Shown piece by piece: positions 13,413 to 25,276 of a stretch of 64,000 nucleotides of DNA (position 1 is the stretch's first letter; the number at the start of each line of letters is the position of its first letter). The notes below the pieces were generated by a model that searched no databases, was not told where the DNA came from, and saw only the letters and a list, made by a program, of their open reading frames with translations. This stretch comes from Trichosphaerium sp. ATCC 40318 (lineage: Eukaryota > Protista > Tubulinea): contig JALMLS010000061.1 in assembly GCA_038496445.1 (NCBI GenBank), positions 1 through 64,000 on the forward strand, written 5' to 3'. Both the position numbers and the translations under genes were made by a program.

Positions 13413-13901
13413 ATGGGAAAAAGAAAACAAACTGTTGAAGTCAAACTCCTCAATCGTCTCAAAAGACAACTTCGAGCTGAAGGCAAAACTGACAAACCAA
13501 AAGAATGTGAAATATCAAAGAGATTTATTGTATACATTAACTACGAGAAGGCAAAGAAACCGCACAAGAGACCAAAAAAGAACACTACTGGTTTCACTTG
13601 TTTGACCATATACGAGCCAAGAAGTACAACAATCTTCGTCATTGCAACCAAGAAGCTTAAAGGTAAAAACAAGCACAAAAAAGCGTTTGAGACTGCTGTG
13701 AACAAAGGTCTTGTGAGAGAAGATACAAAACGTTGGCAAAGGAGTGGATGGGGTATCAAAAAAGACGGAACTTATGATTGGAGATGTGCTGAATATAACC
13801 CAAGTGATGAAACAAACAAAGACCCAAAAAATAAGCATGCTATTTTAACAACGTGGGAGAAACATGTTGTAAATGAATGTTTTGGGGAGAGTTTATGTTA
13901 A
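13413..13901 (+). CDS. Intronless basic (K/R-rich) hypothetical protein, 162 aa
   Basis: Clean ATG-TAA ORF, divergent from the MORN-repeat gene, with AATAAA about 50 nt downstream. No recognised domain. Confidence 0.65.
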   Translation: MGKRKQTVEVKLLNRLKRQLRAEGKTDKPKECEISKRFIVYINYEKAKKPHKRPKKNTTGFTCLTIYEPRSTTIFVIATKKLKGKNKHKKAFETAVNKGLVREDTKRWQRSGWGIKKDGTYDWRCAEYNPSDETNKDPKNKHAILTTWEKHVVNECFGESLC

Positions 13902-14611
13902 CACTAACATACCTCCATCGATAATAATTGCACTATGTACATAGTAACCAATAAATAATTTCTCCGCATAACTGTTACTTATTGTTGAATTAATTTAGTT
14001 TGGTATTGAACTGTAGAAATCCACATGTCGATTATAGTACTTTATAGTTGCATCCACCTTTGCTTCTATAACAAACAACTACTTACTCGTACAATGCCTA
14101 GTTTCGTGATAAATTGAACGGAACTTTAGTGGTGTTTAGGAAATAAACTGCGGTATTCGATCCACCGCTTTTTTTTTGGTAATAGCTTTTATGACGTCAT
14201 AGAGTCATGTTGAATAATCACTTAAAACATTCCCACCCATGTACTCGAGACCATTTATCGTATTATTGCTATGACTAGAACTAATTGAGACCTTACCAAG
14301 TTCAGAAACAAAGAATCTATAAACTACAAAACGTCATGTGTGGCGATACATTCCGGGCTCAAAAGCGTGGTGATACGATTTCCGAATGTCTCCCTTTATT
14401 TTCTCTTCAAAACACGTGATGACTCTTGTATGGCGTAAAACGCGTATTTGATATCTAAGGTTGATGTATCTCGCGTTATAATTAATATTTGTGCTACGTG
14501 GATTAGCGGGTGTATCACGTGAACTTTTTTTTGGGGATAAGGCAAACATTCAACTAAGCTCCAGAAAAAAAGCATGAATCTATCACACATAATTAACAAG
14601 TACATACAACA

Positions 14612-17600
14612 ATGACTGACTCTAATGGTATCACTGCCAGCGGTAATTGGAACACTGATGGGAACGCAGATCTCGTTGTACGCAAAGAACAAAGTGTAAA
14701 GAAAGCCAAAATCTCATTATTATTGTTTAGAACAGAGAAACAGTATCGTATACTGAAGACCCACAAGATCATTTACGTAAGTTATTCTTACGTTATATAA
14801 AACCCAACAAGCCTAGGGATGAGCAAGTTTCTTCGACAGGATAAAAAATCACCGTTGAGTGTTAGACGGTCTAAGAAGTTGCAAGCCTCAAAACGAGCAA
14901 AAGCAAATAAAAACGAGAGTTCGGCGACTAGCAAGTCTCCATTGTCTCCAAGGTAACTCCCATTGCTAAGCTTTTAAATTAATGTGCTGTTAAGAATAAA
15001 AACTACAACTCAAGTCGATAAAGAAATACCACAAGCGTTAGAGATACAAGATGAAGCACGCTCTCTTCTTAATTCGAAAAAAGGCTTAAAAAAATCAAAG
15101 AAGTTACTTAAAAAGTCTGCAAAAAAATCAACTGTATCGGTACGAGACTAGCGTGCAAATTTCGCCCTTGTTCTAAAGCTTAAATAGACAGAAACTAAAA
15201 CAAAAGAACAAGAGATAAAGATGAAATCACCAAAAAGAAGAAAAGTATGACAAACATAACTTGTTGTTTAAGATCACGTGATTCTTATTTTTCCTTAGCC
15301 TCCAATTCCGCCTCCAAGAACAATTTACGATGATCACTCAGAAGAGATGAAGAAGAACAAGCGCAAAAAACCTGATCTACCTTCTGTGCCTCAAAGAACG
15401 TACATTAACAAACCTCAACAGATAGCAGCTCCTGCAATACCTCCAAGAACGTATGCCAACGAAAACCAAACCGTATCCGAAGTACCTCCAGAACCTAACG
15501 TTGATAAAATGAACGGATACTCACAACAATATAAATCCAAGCAAGGCATTACACCAAAGAAAAAGACAAAATTCGCTTCTCAATTAAAACCTAAATTCTT
15601 GGGAGCAAAAACAAGTGCTTGCAGGGTTTTCTGGCATGTTTATATTGCCATGTTACTAACCATACTGTACGCTAAACCATGTTGTGACGTTTTAAGTCTA
15701 ATCCACATACACTAGGGTATCATGTCTCTTGTTTCTCAACAACTTTTCAAACACAGCTGCAGCAACAAAGTTGTATATTAAAAATCAATGCGCAGATCTT
15801 GAAGTCATCTCAACAAACGTTGCAAACATTCACGTGACACTAGCAAAAACATCAAATGCATTCATAGAGGAAGCACTAAAAAGCGGAGCGACAGTTGGTT
15901 TAGACTTATCATTGAAAGGTGTTTTTGTGGCAGTTGACGTACGACAATAACTCGTTAAGATAGTCCTTACCCGTTTCTAGGTTGGTATTTTTATGCTTTC
16001 TTCTAAGCTGAGAGTGCTGCTATGTGGTTACGATGGTATGGTTAGCCTATTTAATCCAATGTACGTATTACTGACATATATACCGATGCAGCTAACCTTG
16101 AAATAGCACTGAGCTTCTGGAGAAAGCACAAGATACATTTAAGAGAACAGGTGCTAAGATTAAAGATGCGCTTGGGTTCAAGCGATCATTGGAACAACTT
16201 AGCGATGCTGACAGAGATGCTATTCTTCAAGAAGTTTCGGATGAGCTAGATACTTCATCAATTGAACTAGAACAACAAGCAAACGCTACAATAAACATCA
16301 CTGGGCTAACAAATATCGGGTTCAATGAGAGCGAACTATCTCTTTCAAACGGAACAGCTGACTCTGTACGCTATTCCGGCACTCTAATCATGCTTACTCT
16401 TATAGGGACTTAATCTTCCTACGGCTGACGTAATACAAGAGGCTTTGAGAGACTTCATAAAAGGATTACTTGACGATCTACTGACAGAAGAAGTAGAAAC
16501 AATAAAGTACGTGAAAAAAAAAAGAACGAAGTCAAAATCTTATTGTTCACCAAGGGAGAATGTAAGAAATGCATCAATAGCCACGTTCCCAATACCCGTA
16601 TACAACGAGATTAAGTTTTGTAATCGGCTAAACTTCAAACCTTATGATGCTGCTGTGACTATTATAAAGCTGATGTCTATTGGCGTAGTAGTATTGATCA
16701 TTGTTGCTATTGGCATTACATGGGTGGGTCTGTACAACGCTCATAAAGTCAAAATTTGGGTAACAAATCTCAAGAGAGTTAAGAAAGTATCTAACCGGCC
16801 ACCGTACGTTCATACCCTTGACTTAGTGCGACGGATTAATGTCTTTCTTTTAGTAAAACACCAGAAGAAGCACCAACTATGTGGCTTCTTGAATTTGTTA
16901 TGTGGAAACCAGCTATTGCTATCATCTTGGTTTCTCTTTTGACAATCATTGTATTCCATGCTTACCTTGCTGGCATCAATGTAGCATCAACCGAAATCAA
17001 TAAGTGGGTTGAAACTGAAGTAAGCGATTTTGGAAGTGGTATTGTGTCTGAAGTGAACTCCCTAATCAACGACACAAATGATATATTTCAAGTGAACTTC
17101 ACAAACGTAAGTCCTTTTTAGTTGCCTCGTAAGTGGTGTATTCTTAATAAGTTTTATAGGCTCTAACACAGAGTAAAGATTCCTTAAATGAAGCTTTTGC
17201 ATCAGCAGACAGGGCGCTGAATAAGCTGGCGGATAGAATCGAAAACTTAAAAGAGTACGTCTTCAATATTCTTGTATTTGAAAGCGCTTACGTTTTTCTC
17301 TATAGAGACCTTGTAGACGAACTTGGGAAATTCATTACAACGTTTATTGCAAATATTCTAACTGAACTTATCTCTTGTCTCCTGTTTCTTGATGACATTG
17401 TTTTTGTGTTGAGGTAATCAAAACAAGTTTCCCAATTTTTTCTTACTTTCTTAAAGAGGAATTGGTCCAATTCTTGCTGCTATTCCTGACTCTATAATAC
17501 CTTCTTCAATAACACTCCCTGAAGTACCTACAATAAGCAACGTGGTTGTTGATAGTTTCGTGGATAGAATACGTATGTTTGCTTTAGTCGAAGATATCAT

Positions 17601-17794
17601 CTCTAACTTCTTCAATAGAACTTTATGTTGATGAATTTGTTGCCAACGAAACAGCATCTGTTACAGCTCAACTGCTTTTTGATTATATAATATTAGTCTA
17701 TGGATTATTCATTATCATTGTTGGCATAGTAGGATGGATTCATTTCAAGCGAAGCTCTAAAACAGTCACAATGATGGGTAGTGATAATGTATAA
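14612..17794 (+). CDS. Prm1-like multi-pass membrane protein with long basic/Pro-rich N-terminal extension
   Basis: Spliced product contains KPKFLGAKTSACRVFW..TM..NQCADLE..NIHVTLAKTSN, LRVLLCGY, LPTADVIQEA, FPIPVYNEIKFC, TM, WLLEFVMWKPAIAIIL, ELISCLL, ITLPEV and a final TM. These blocks follow the order seen in fungal Prm1. Confidence 0.7.
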
Positions 17795-17857
17795 AAAAAG
17801 TAAAAATTGTAAATAAACATTGTTAGTAATTGAAATCACACAATGTTTGGTTGTTTA

Positions 17858-19112
17858 TTAGCTTTGTCCAGTTTGAATTACATTTTCCACGTTTTTTCTT
17901 CTGCTGGCCCAATTGTACGGATAAATACGTTCACGCCATGATGGAATGATCAATGTCAATACCAATATCGCAATCACAAGTAATATAACAAGCACAGTGA
18001 TGACCGCTACAGGTATTATAGGAAAATCAGAACCACCATCTGGTTGAGATGAACAAGATGAAGAAAACAAAATAACTAACTTTCCACGTGTATCTACAGC
18101 AGGTCATTTTAAGGAAAAGCTATAACTTTTGTTTTTCTATCAAGTGTCACTTACTTTCTGTAAAGCATGAGTTGATATTGTCTATAAGCGAGATGTTTTG
18201 TTGGTCAACGACACAATCATCTCTGAAGTTAAACAATGGCAGCATATCGATTTTCTGGAACAGCAACTTAATATTTACAAAACCCAAAGAACTCACGTAC
18301 TTGAACAGCGTTTGTATCAATCGTCACATTCTCGTTGAAAGTAGGACATCCTCCAATTGATATTGAAGACTTTGAATCGACCACAATCACTGTATTCTTT
18401 AGAAACACAACATCTCCTGAGATCAATTAATTAAATTGGTTTGTGAATGTATGTTTTGTACCTGGTGCCGTGTAATTAATCCCTACAACAGAGAACGGGT
18501 TTCTTATGATTATTGGACCAACACAATTAATTAGGGCAGACCTATTACAAGGAAGATCATTGAATCCTAATTCAAATCAATACATTACAACAAACAAAAA
18601 TTAAAATACCATTTTGGCGCATTACAAGACACCTCTCTTGTAAATTAAAAGCTACAAACGTAGGCTCTCCTGTTAGGAAATGCATTTTCAGAAACTGATG
18701 CGAAGTCCCATTGCTGCCAGACATAAATAAATCTGTGTCAAAGAAAGTTTTACCACTACTCTGCCATGTGAGTGATGATAGTGCATCCTCACAAACATTA
18801 CAATCAGTGTCATTTTGTTGACAACTCAAACACAATTTAGGGTTATAATCAGTTGTTTGGTTACGTCGCGCATTAACCCACAGGGTGCCCGTTGAGTTCG
18901 CATTTTGTTTCCAAAATACGTAGTCTTCAACAGTAAGTATTTCCGGGAGTGTTTGGCCACTAAACAAGTATAAGAATAAGAAGGATGCTAATCACGTGCG
19001 TTTGTTCGCAATAATTAGTAGCGTCAGTAAAATTACCAACACTAGACGTATGGACCATAGGTAAGCTTGTATGTACGAGCAAAACAGCCAAATACCAACG
19101 CAAATGAAACAT
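17858..19112 (-). CDS. C-type lectin-domain type I membrane protein
   Basis: Signal peptide MFHLRWYLAVLLV, GNFTDATNYC..LPEI..LWVNA..WQSSG..ERCLVM..FNDLPC..INC, then a C-terminal TM (IIPVAVITVLVILLVIAILVLTLII) and short tail. The first intron needs a GC donor (18999). Confidence 0.75.
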
Positions 19113-19355
19113 GGTTCTACAATGTGCACTTAGTACCACGAACCTCTAGTAGTAAAATTGAAGGTACAATGAGGCGTAAACAAGTAGACTTAATTTTGTA
19201 CAAATTGTTTAGAAACTTCACTTGCTTCCTTAAACAAGTTGTGAATTATCTATGACTTATTCGTGCGAAAAAATTCTTCTTGGATTGTGTTGAAGTTATT
19301 GTACTGCGTTACAGAATATCTATTGTAGGGTATGTAGTATTTAGTAATACACTGT

Positions 19356-19475
19356 TCTTAAAGAGGAGTTGGTCAAATTCTTGCTGACTCTGTAATAATA
19401 CCTTCTTCTATAACACTCCCTGAAGTACCTACAACATTAAACCATAGTTGTTGGTAGTTTTGTGGATAGAATACT
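19356..19475 (+). repeat. Duplicated fragment of a 3' exon of the Prm1-like gene
   Basis: TTCTTAAAGAGGA.TTGGTC.AATTCTTGCTG...ATAACACTCCCTGAAGTACCTACAA...GTGGATAGAATAC matches about 17448-17572, with indels. Confidence 0.85.
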
Positions 19476-19599
19476 TGTTTGATTCATGTCAACTAGCATG
19501 CAAGTAATTGAAGTCACAGTATTATAACTTGTCGGCAGCTATAGCAAACCAGGCTATGAAGTTAATGAAATAGAATTAGTGCGATTTAGAATTGTTTAT

Positions 19600-20700
19600 T
19601 GTTAGCATTGTATGGTTTGAACCATGTTGTTGTGTTATCTTTTGGCCCAATTGTATGGATAAATACGTTCACGCCATGATGGAATGATCAATGTCAATAC
19701 CAATATCATAATCACAAGTAATATAACAAGCACAGTGATGACCGCTACAGGTATTATAGGAAAATCAGAACCACCACCTGGTTGAGATGAACAAGATGAA
19801 GAAAACAAAATAACTAACTTTCCACGTGTATCTACAACAGGTTAGCAAAGAAAGATAATATGAGTTCCTAACAAGTCTTAGTCACTTACTTGGTTGAAAG
19901 CATGAGTTGATGTTGTCTATAAGTGATACGTTTTGTTTGTCAACGACACAATCATCTCTGAAGTTAAACAATGGCAGCGAATTGATTTTCTTGAAGGACA
20001 TTATTAGTTTAACTACAGCTAATGAAAGCAATGCTGCTTACTTGAACAGCATTTGTATCAACCATTACATTCTCGTTGAAAGTAGGACATCCTCCAATTG
20101 ATATCGAAGAGTTTGAATCAACCACAATCACTGTATTCTTTAGAAACACAACATCTCCTGAGATCAATTAATTAAATTGGTTTGTGAATGTGTATGTCTT
20201 TGTACCTGTGCCGTGTAATTAATCCCTACAACAGAGAACGTGTTTTGTAGGATGATTGAACCAACACAATTAATTCGAGAAGACCTGTTACAAGGAAAAT
20301 CATTGAATCCTAATCAAATCAATACATTACAACAAACAAAATTATACTACCATCAGCGCGCATCTCAAGACACCTCTCTTGTAATCCAGAACCCCTAAAT
20401 GAAGGTTCTCCTTTGTTAAAGTACATGTTCAGAAACGTATGCACATTCCCAGTGGCATTAGACAGAAATAAATCTGTTTCTAAGAAAGACTTGCCACTAC
20501 TCTGCCACGTGAATGTTGATAGTGCATCCTCACAAACATCACAATTAGTATCACTTTGTTGACAACGATTACACAAGTCCTGGTCATAATCAGGTGTTTG
20601 GTTACGTCGCGCATTAACCCACACGTTGCCCATTATCGCGGTTGCTTTCCAAAATTCGAAGTCTGCGACATTTAGTATTTCCGGCATTAGTTGGCCACTA
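19600..20700 (-). pseudogene. 5'-truncated, frameshifted tandem copy of the C-type lectin gene
   Basis: Near-identical to 17900-18963. The signal-peptide exon is deleted (sequence jumps from the acceptor at ~20700 to the homolog of ~19220), and there is a 1-nt loss at ~20208 (GCACAG|GT versus GCACCAG|GT). Confidence 0.75.
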
Positions 20701-20762
20701 AACCACTTGCTTCCTTAAGCAAAGTTGTGAATTGCTGGACATTGACTTATTTCTGTAAAATC

Positions 20763-21863
20763 ATGGCACAGCTGCCACCAGAGGTAAAGAAAAAGTCAGC
20801 TGCCGTTGTATACTGCTGCAATTTAACAATTTCTAGCTGTTAGAGCACGTATTTTCCTATTTAGCACAAGATATCTCTGTTTTAAGTCCTATTTCGAATA
20901 CAAGTCGCTACTGGCATGACATTGCAAAGAATATCATAATCAGAAGGCTACAACTAGTGCTTGTATTAATAACCGATTCTGAGTCTCGAATTTATGTTGT
21001 AAACGGCTCTAAAGGTTCATCTGCTATCCAGCTATTGCATACGGTTAACAAGAAACAAAAATGTAAGCAAAAGGGATGGCCTTACTGCTACGGCAGTTCA
21101 AGAGTAAGTTACTAAAGTTAGACAGCGTATTAACGCACAAAGCTGCGTGGTATCCGTATACGAATGGAGAGGAGACACAATTACTTCCTACTCATAACGA
21201 AGATTTACAAAGAAGTTTGTGGCAGGTACGACTGAATACAAAATCACGTGATTTGTTTTTAGTCTGTAAGATGGTCAGCTAATTAAGCTGTTTTAAGATT
21301 TCCAAGTGGTCATGTGGTACCTTTATCAGCTTGCCCAATAGGCTGTGATAATATTGAATCGAGTTTGGATACATCTATTCATTGCAGTATAAATTGTACC
21401 ATTGAATCTTCTTTAGAAGAAGTGCTTACAAAAATATCTGGCAAGTTTTCTTTCTTGCCTGTATTTGAAGAACGCTCCATGCTTTGTGAATACTTTAAGT
21501 ATGTAACTCTTTATTGACATTGGTACTTGTTTAAATGACATGCTTATTTCATTAGGCGAATTGCATATCAACCTGAAACAGTTACTTGTGGAATAAAAGA
21601 AACGGAAGATGCTTTACAACAATGCAAAGTTAAGACTCTTTTAGTTTCATCTCATTTGTTCAAACAAGATCAGAGTTCTACACGTATGTAGGTTCTCCTA
21701 GTACTCTTCTAATATTGTATAATTAGAACCTTGCGAGGCAGGTATTCAGAGATTACTAGCTTATAATAGTGGCAAACATAGACTTGTAACAGTGTCAGAA
21801 TCAACTTGTTCAGGTCGAATGTTTAATCAAGGCTTTGGAGTTGGTGCAATACTGTTTGATTAA
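20763..21863 (+). CDS. F-box fused to degenerate eRF1 middle and C-terminal domains (GGQ absent), 278 aa
   Basis: Exons 20763-20783, 20837-21103, 21143-21225, 21298-21498, 21556-21683 and 21727-21863 total 837 nt in one open frame. F-box QLPPELLEHVFSYL..ISNTSRYWHDIA; eRF1-like RIRMERRHNY, EERSMLCEYFKRIAYQPETVTCGIKETEDALQQCKVKTLLVS and GRMFNQGFGVGAIL. Confidence 0.85.
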
Positions 21864-21999
21864 TCTTCATACTTTTATTTATTGTAATAAATTGCGCATT
21901 CTCACGTACTACAACCAATATCATACTATAGATTAGCGGATATCTGGCCAAGTGTTACTGGAGTATTTCTCTAGCTAGGCATCAATGTACTAACCTGTT

Positions 22000-22200
22000 T
22001 GTTTGTCTATAAGGAGAATGTTATTTCTTAGCATCAGCGGCATCGTGCTTAAATGGACCAGATTTGTAAAAGGATTTGAACGCATGACACCATCAAGAAC
22101 TAATTCTTATTCCTTTTTTTGGCATGTCATCTTCTATCGTAATTGAATCAACACCCTCTAATGCCATAGCACCTTTATATGTCACAGCGGTGTGACCTAA
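22000..22200 (-). pseudogene. Possible relic of the local LxGVHTIxL LRR family
   Basis: Translates TAVTYKGAMALEGVDSITI..KKE*ELVL, resembling TEVTDEGVKALAGVHTITL, with an in-frame TAA. Confidence 0.3.
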
Positions 22201-22382
22201 CAGTATCGTATTAACTCCAGAGTGTCTTAGATTGATAAAATGAGTTACTGAACGGCATGGACATGTCAAGGCAGTGACAGGAGCAGTTGAGGTATTACAA
22301 ATAGAGTAGAATTGTTCGAAAAGGATCTTTTTGATAGCTTTAAATATAAGACTTTTGCTTGTTTGATCGTAACAAATAAATC

Positions 22383-25276
22383 TTAGTAAAGTACAAGTTG
22401 AAGTTTATTATTTTTAGTAAATGACATTTCTAGCAATTTTTCTCTTTTTTGTTTTCTTCTTCAAAGGAGGGTTTTTACGCTTCTTTCCTGTTATTCCAAT
22501 ATCTTCAACAGCATCTATATCAAGCTAAACACAAAGTATTAGAATTCGAATGAAGTTTATAACAGTAGGATGATGTTAAAACTTGGAGGAAAATAAAAAA
22601 AAAACACTTACGTCATCTCGTTCTTTTGCTTCTTGTAACTTTGTCTTTTTAGCCTTTTCTACTAATGAAGCATCGTGTTCAGCTGTACTCTTAAAGAATA
22701 GGAAACATTTATCACATTTTGGGCATGTGAGTTTTGTTTGAGGGTTTCTAAATCGGTTATCAAAAACTGTAATGAGCAAGAAAAATAAGCTTCAAAGAAA
22801 GGTACCTATCACATTTACAAAAATGATTATATCCTTCTTTCTTTGGAATGACCTCTCTACAAACATAGCACATATAAACTCCGCACTGACACGTAATTTT
22901 GTTACATCCTAGCAAAGAAATAAATAAACGTCATAAAAAGGCATTCTAACCATCTGTTTTAAAAAACTTAGAATTACACTTTGGACAGACACGAATCATC
23001 GCTTCTGACATTTCCTCTTCTACAGTTTTTCTGAACTCAGCCTATACACATAAATATTGTAGTACTACATGAAAAAAGCCAAGGAAGTAGTCCAAAACAA
23101 CACGTGTTCAAATAAAAAAATTCTTGTTTTTTTCTTACCTGTCCTTTCTTCTCTACTTCATCACAACGAAGTGGAATATGATTTTCTTCCTGTACATATA
23201 TGAGTTGTCACGTATATACATGATTTATTCTAGAAAAAGGGCGCTTGTTTTATAAGTACCTTACAAAGAATACATGTTTCTTTCAAACATTTTGTATTAC
23301 CACATCTGAAAACCTGTCGAAAAAAAGATTTAATTCAAACATTCTTTGTTCGTTTCATACAACTGAGATAACGTACCTTTTCGTCTTTGTTCTCAATAAT
23401 AGCTCCATATTCACAGCAAATTGGGCACGTGTGATAATTTTCAAGGCCAGCTTTTTGTAGTTCTAAAGTTTGAAGCCTCTTTTCAAGTTTTGAGAATATT
23501 GTCTTTTCCAGTACTCTTCCAATCATTTCCTTCATATTTAGTTAACAAAATAAAACTAAAAATAGACTCTAAATAATCCTTACACGTGGGTATCGCTCCC
23601 TAAACATACATAAGACTCAAAAGGTTTTGTTTGCGAAAAGGGCTTTGAAATTCGGCTACATACTTGCACCCTGATGGATCAAGACAGTGAAGCGTAGTTT
23701 GAGCCTAAACAATACTTTAGGTACTAAAATCACTACATCTAGTGATGCCACTATAAGAACATACTTGGCCAAAAACAGATGTCTCAATGTACTGTTTAAC
23801 ACACTGCTTGCAGATCAAATGTCCTTCATAACACTGAACAAACTAAGATAGATATTAGAGCTTGTCTCCTAGTACCAAAGTAATAACTTTTAACGTACAT
23901 CATCAAAAGGATAATCGCAATAACAGCAACCACACTCTATGAGTTGACCTTGAAAGAAAATAAACACCAAAAAAAATGATCTAACAAATCAGCGTACCAG
24001 CTTGTTCGTATTCTGTTTCATTTAATTCTTTTGCAAATTTCTCATCTTCTACACTTTGCTCTGTTTGTAAATACTCAAGTTCTGCAAAAAATTGATCATT
24101 ACGCTCCTCAGGGAAGTTCCTATAAACAGAAGTCAAAAAACTTTTTGACATGTCAAGTGTCACAATGTGTCAAAATGTGGTTAACTGAACGAATGTTTTC
24201 TTTTTGAAATTATTTAGTTAATTACCTTCGCATACGCTCTTTTTTCATTAAAGTAAATGAAGCGTATTCAACCTTTACTTGTTTAAATGTAGGAACATAT
24301 TTAAAATTATGTTGTGCTAAAAGAAAGGTGTGAACAACAAAAATTGCAAATATTTGAATTAAAAATCTACAATCATGGTAGCAAAAAAAAATCAAATTGG
24401 CGCTCAATTAATCATTGGCGCACTTGCTTACTTGCTATTTTTTTCAGGTCACTGATGCGCATCCTAGGGAAAGTATTTGCCAACTGACACATCCTACGTA
24501 TGACGTTAAATCATAAACTGATATAAACTTCCAAAAAAAGTAGTAGTTTTTCAATAAAAACCAAATGCTGAAGCTTCATTCGTACGTATGCGCTGTATAG
24601 TTTCTATCAGCTTTCTTTGATGTGTCATAAACACTCTCCTTTTTAATCCTTAAATTAGATCTTGAACTCCGTCGAAGAAGAGGCTTCTTTTTCTTTTTTT
24701 TGTCATATCTACGCGAAAATAAGTGAGATTGATGTGCTTTGCTCAGGATTATTAGAACGACGCGCAATGTACGCTCGACGCATTTATAAGCGCCTATTCA
24801 GCGTAGTGACGTTTGTCATACCCAGAATCAAGCATGTGTGCAGAAATATATCCAATTGGGTCGTCTCTGTGTAAATTTTCTGTTAGCATCTTTGCCAGGT
24901 ATTCAGCTATTCGTGTTAGTATGTGTATGACGTATCATTGTCGGTTACGTACTTGCTGCGTCTGTAAAAACAGTTTTCAACGTGTTCATCATGTCATCTA
25001 CGTCTTTTTTAACTTCTTTAACTTCTGTAACTTCTGGAGCCCCTGGCTCGGCCTCTCCCGTTGATTTGGGGTAGTTTCCGTCTAGAGACATTAACGTATT
25101 CACTACAACTGGTAAAGGGTCTCCTGGTTTGTTATCTAAGCGCTGTTGTATAACATTTCGAAGGTATTCCCGCGATATATCTACAATTTATGAGTACGTC
25201 TTATGTAAATGTAATCCATGCCTGGGAAGAGCTCAGCCACCTCATCTGCGTATTCTTCGACTGTTTTAACTTGCAT
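22383..25276 (-). CDS. RBR (RING1-IBR-RING2) E3 ubiquitin ligase, RNF216/TRIAD3-like
   Basis: [31 protein letters not shown]; [30 protein letters not shown]; RING2 [21 protein letters not shown]; N-terminal CUE-like ELFPGMD and TVFTDA repeats. Confidence 0.9.

Noticed and set aside
13770-13901. CAE motif suggesting a YwqJ-like deaminase toxin next to the YwqK-like gene
   Set aside because: The downstream PCxxC zinc motif required in that family is absent.
11029-13901. Endogenous giant-virus insertion
   Set aside because: No viral hallmark genes or clear boundaries, and the MORN gene has a host-type intron. Only single-gene transfer remains plausible.
20763-21863. Calling this gene a functional eRF1 or ordinary Pelota
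   Set aside because: It has no NIKS/YxCxxxF N domain, no GGQ and no Pelota Sm-like N domain. RMERRHNY is eRF1-like and the N-terminus is an F-box.
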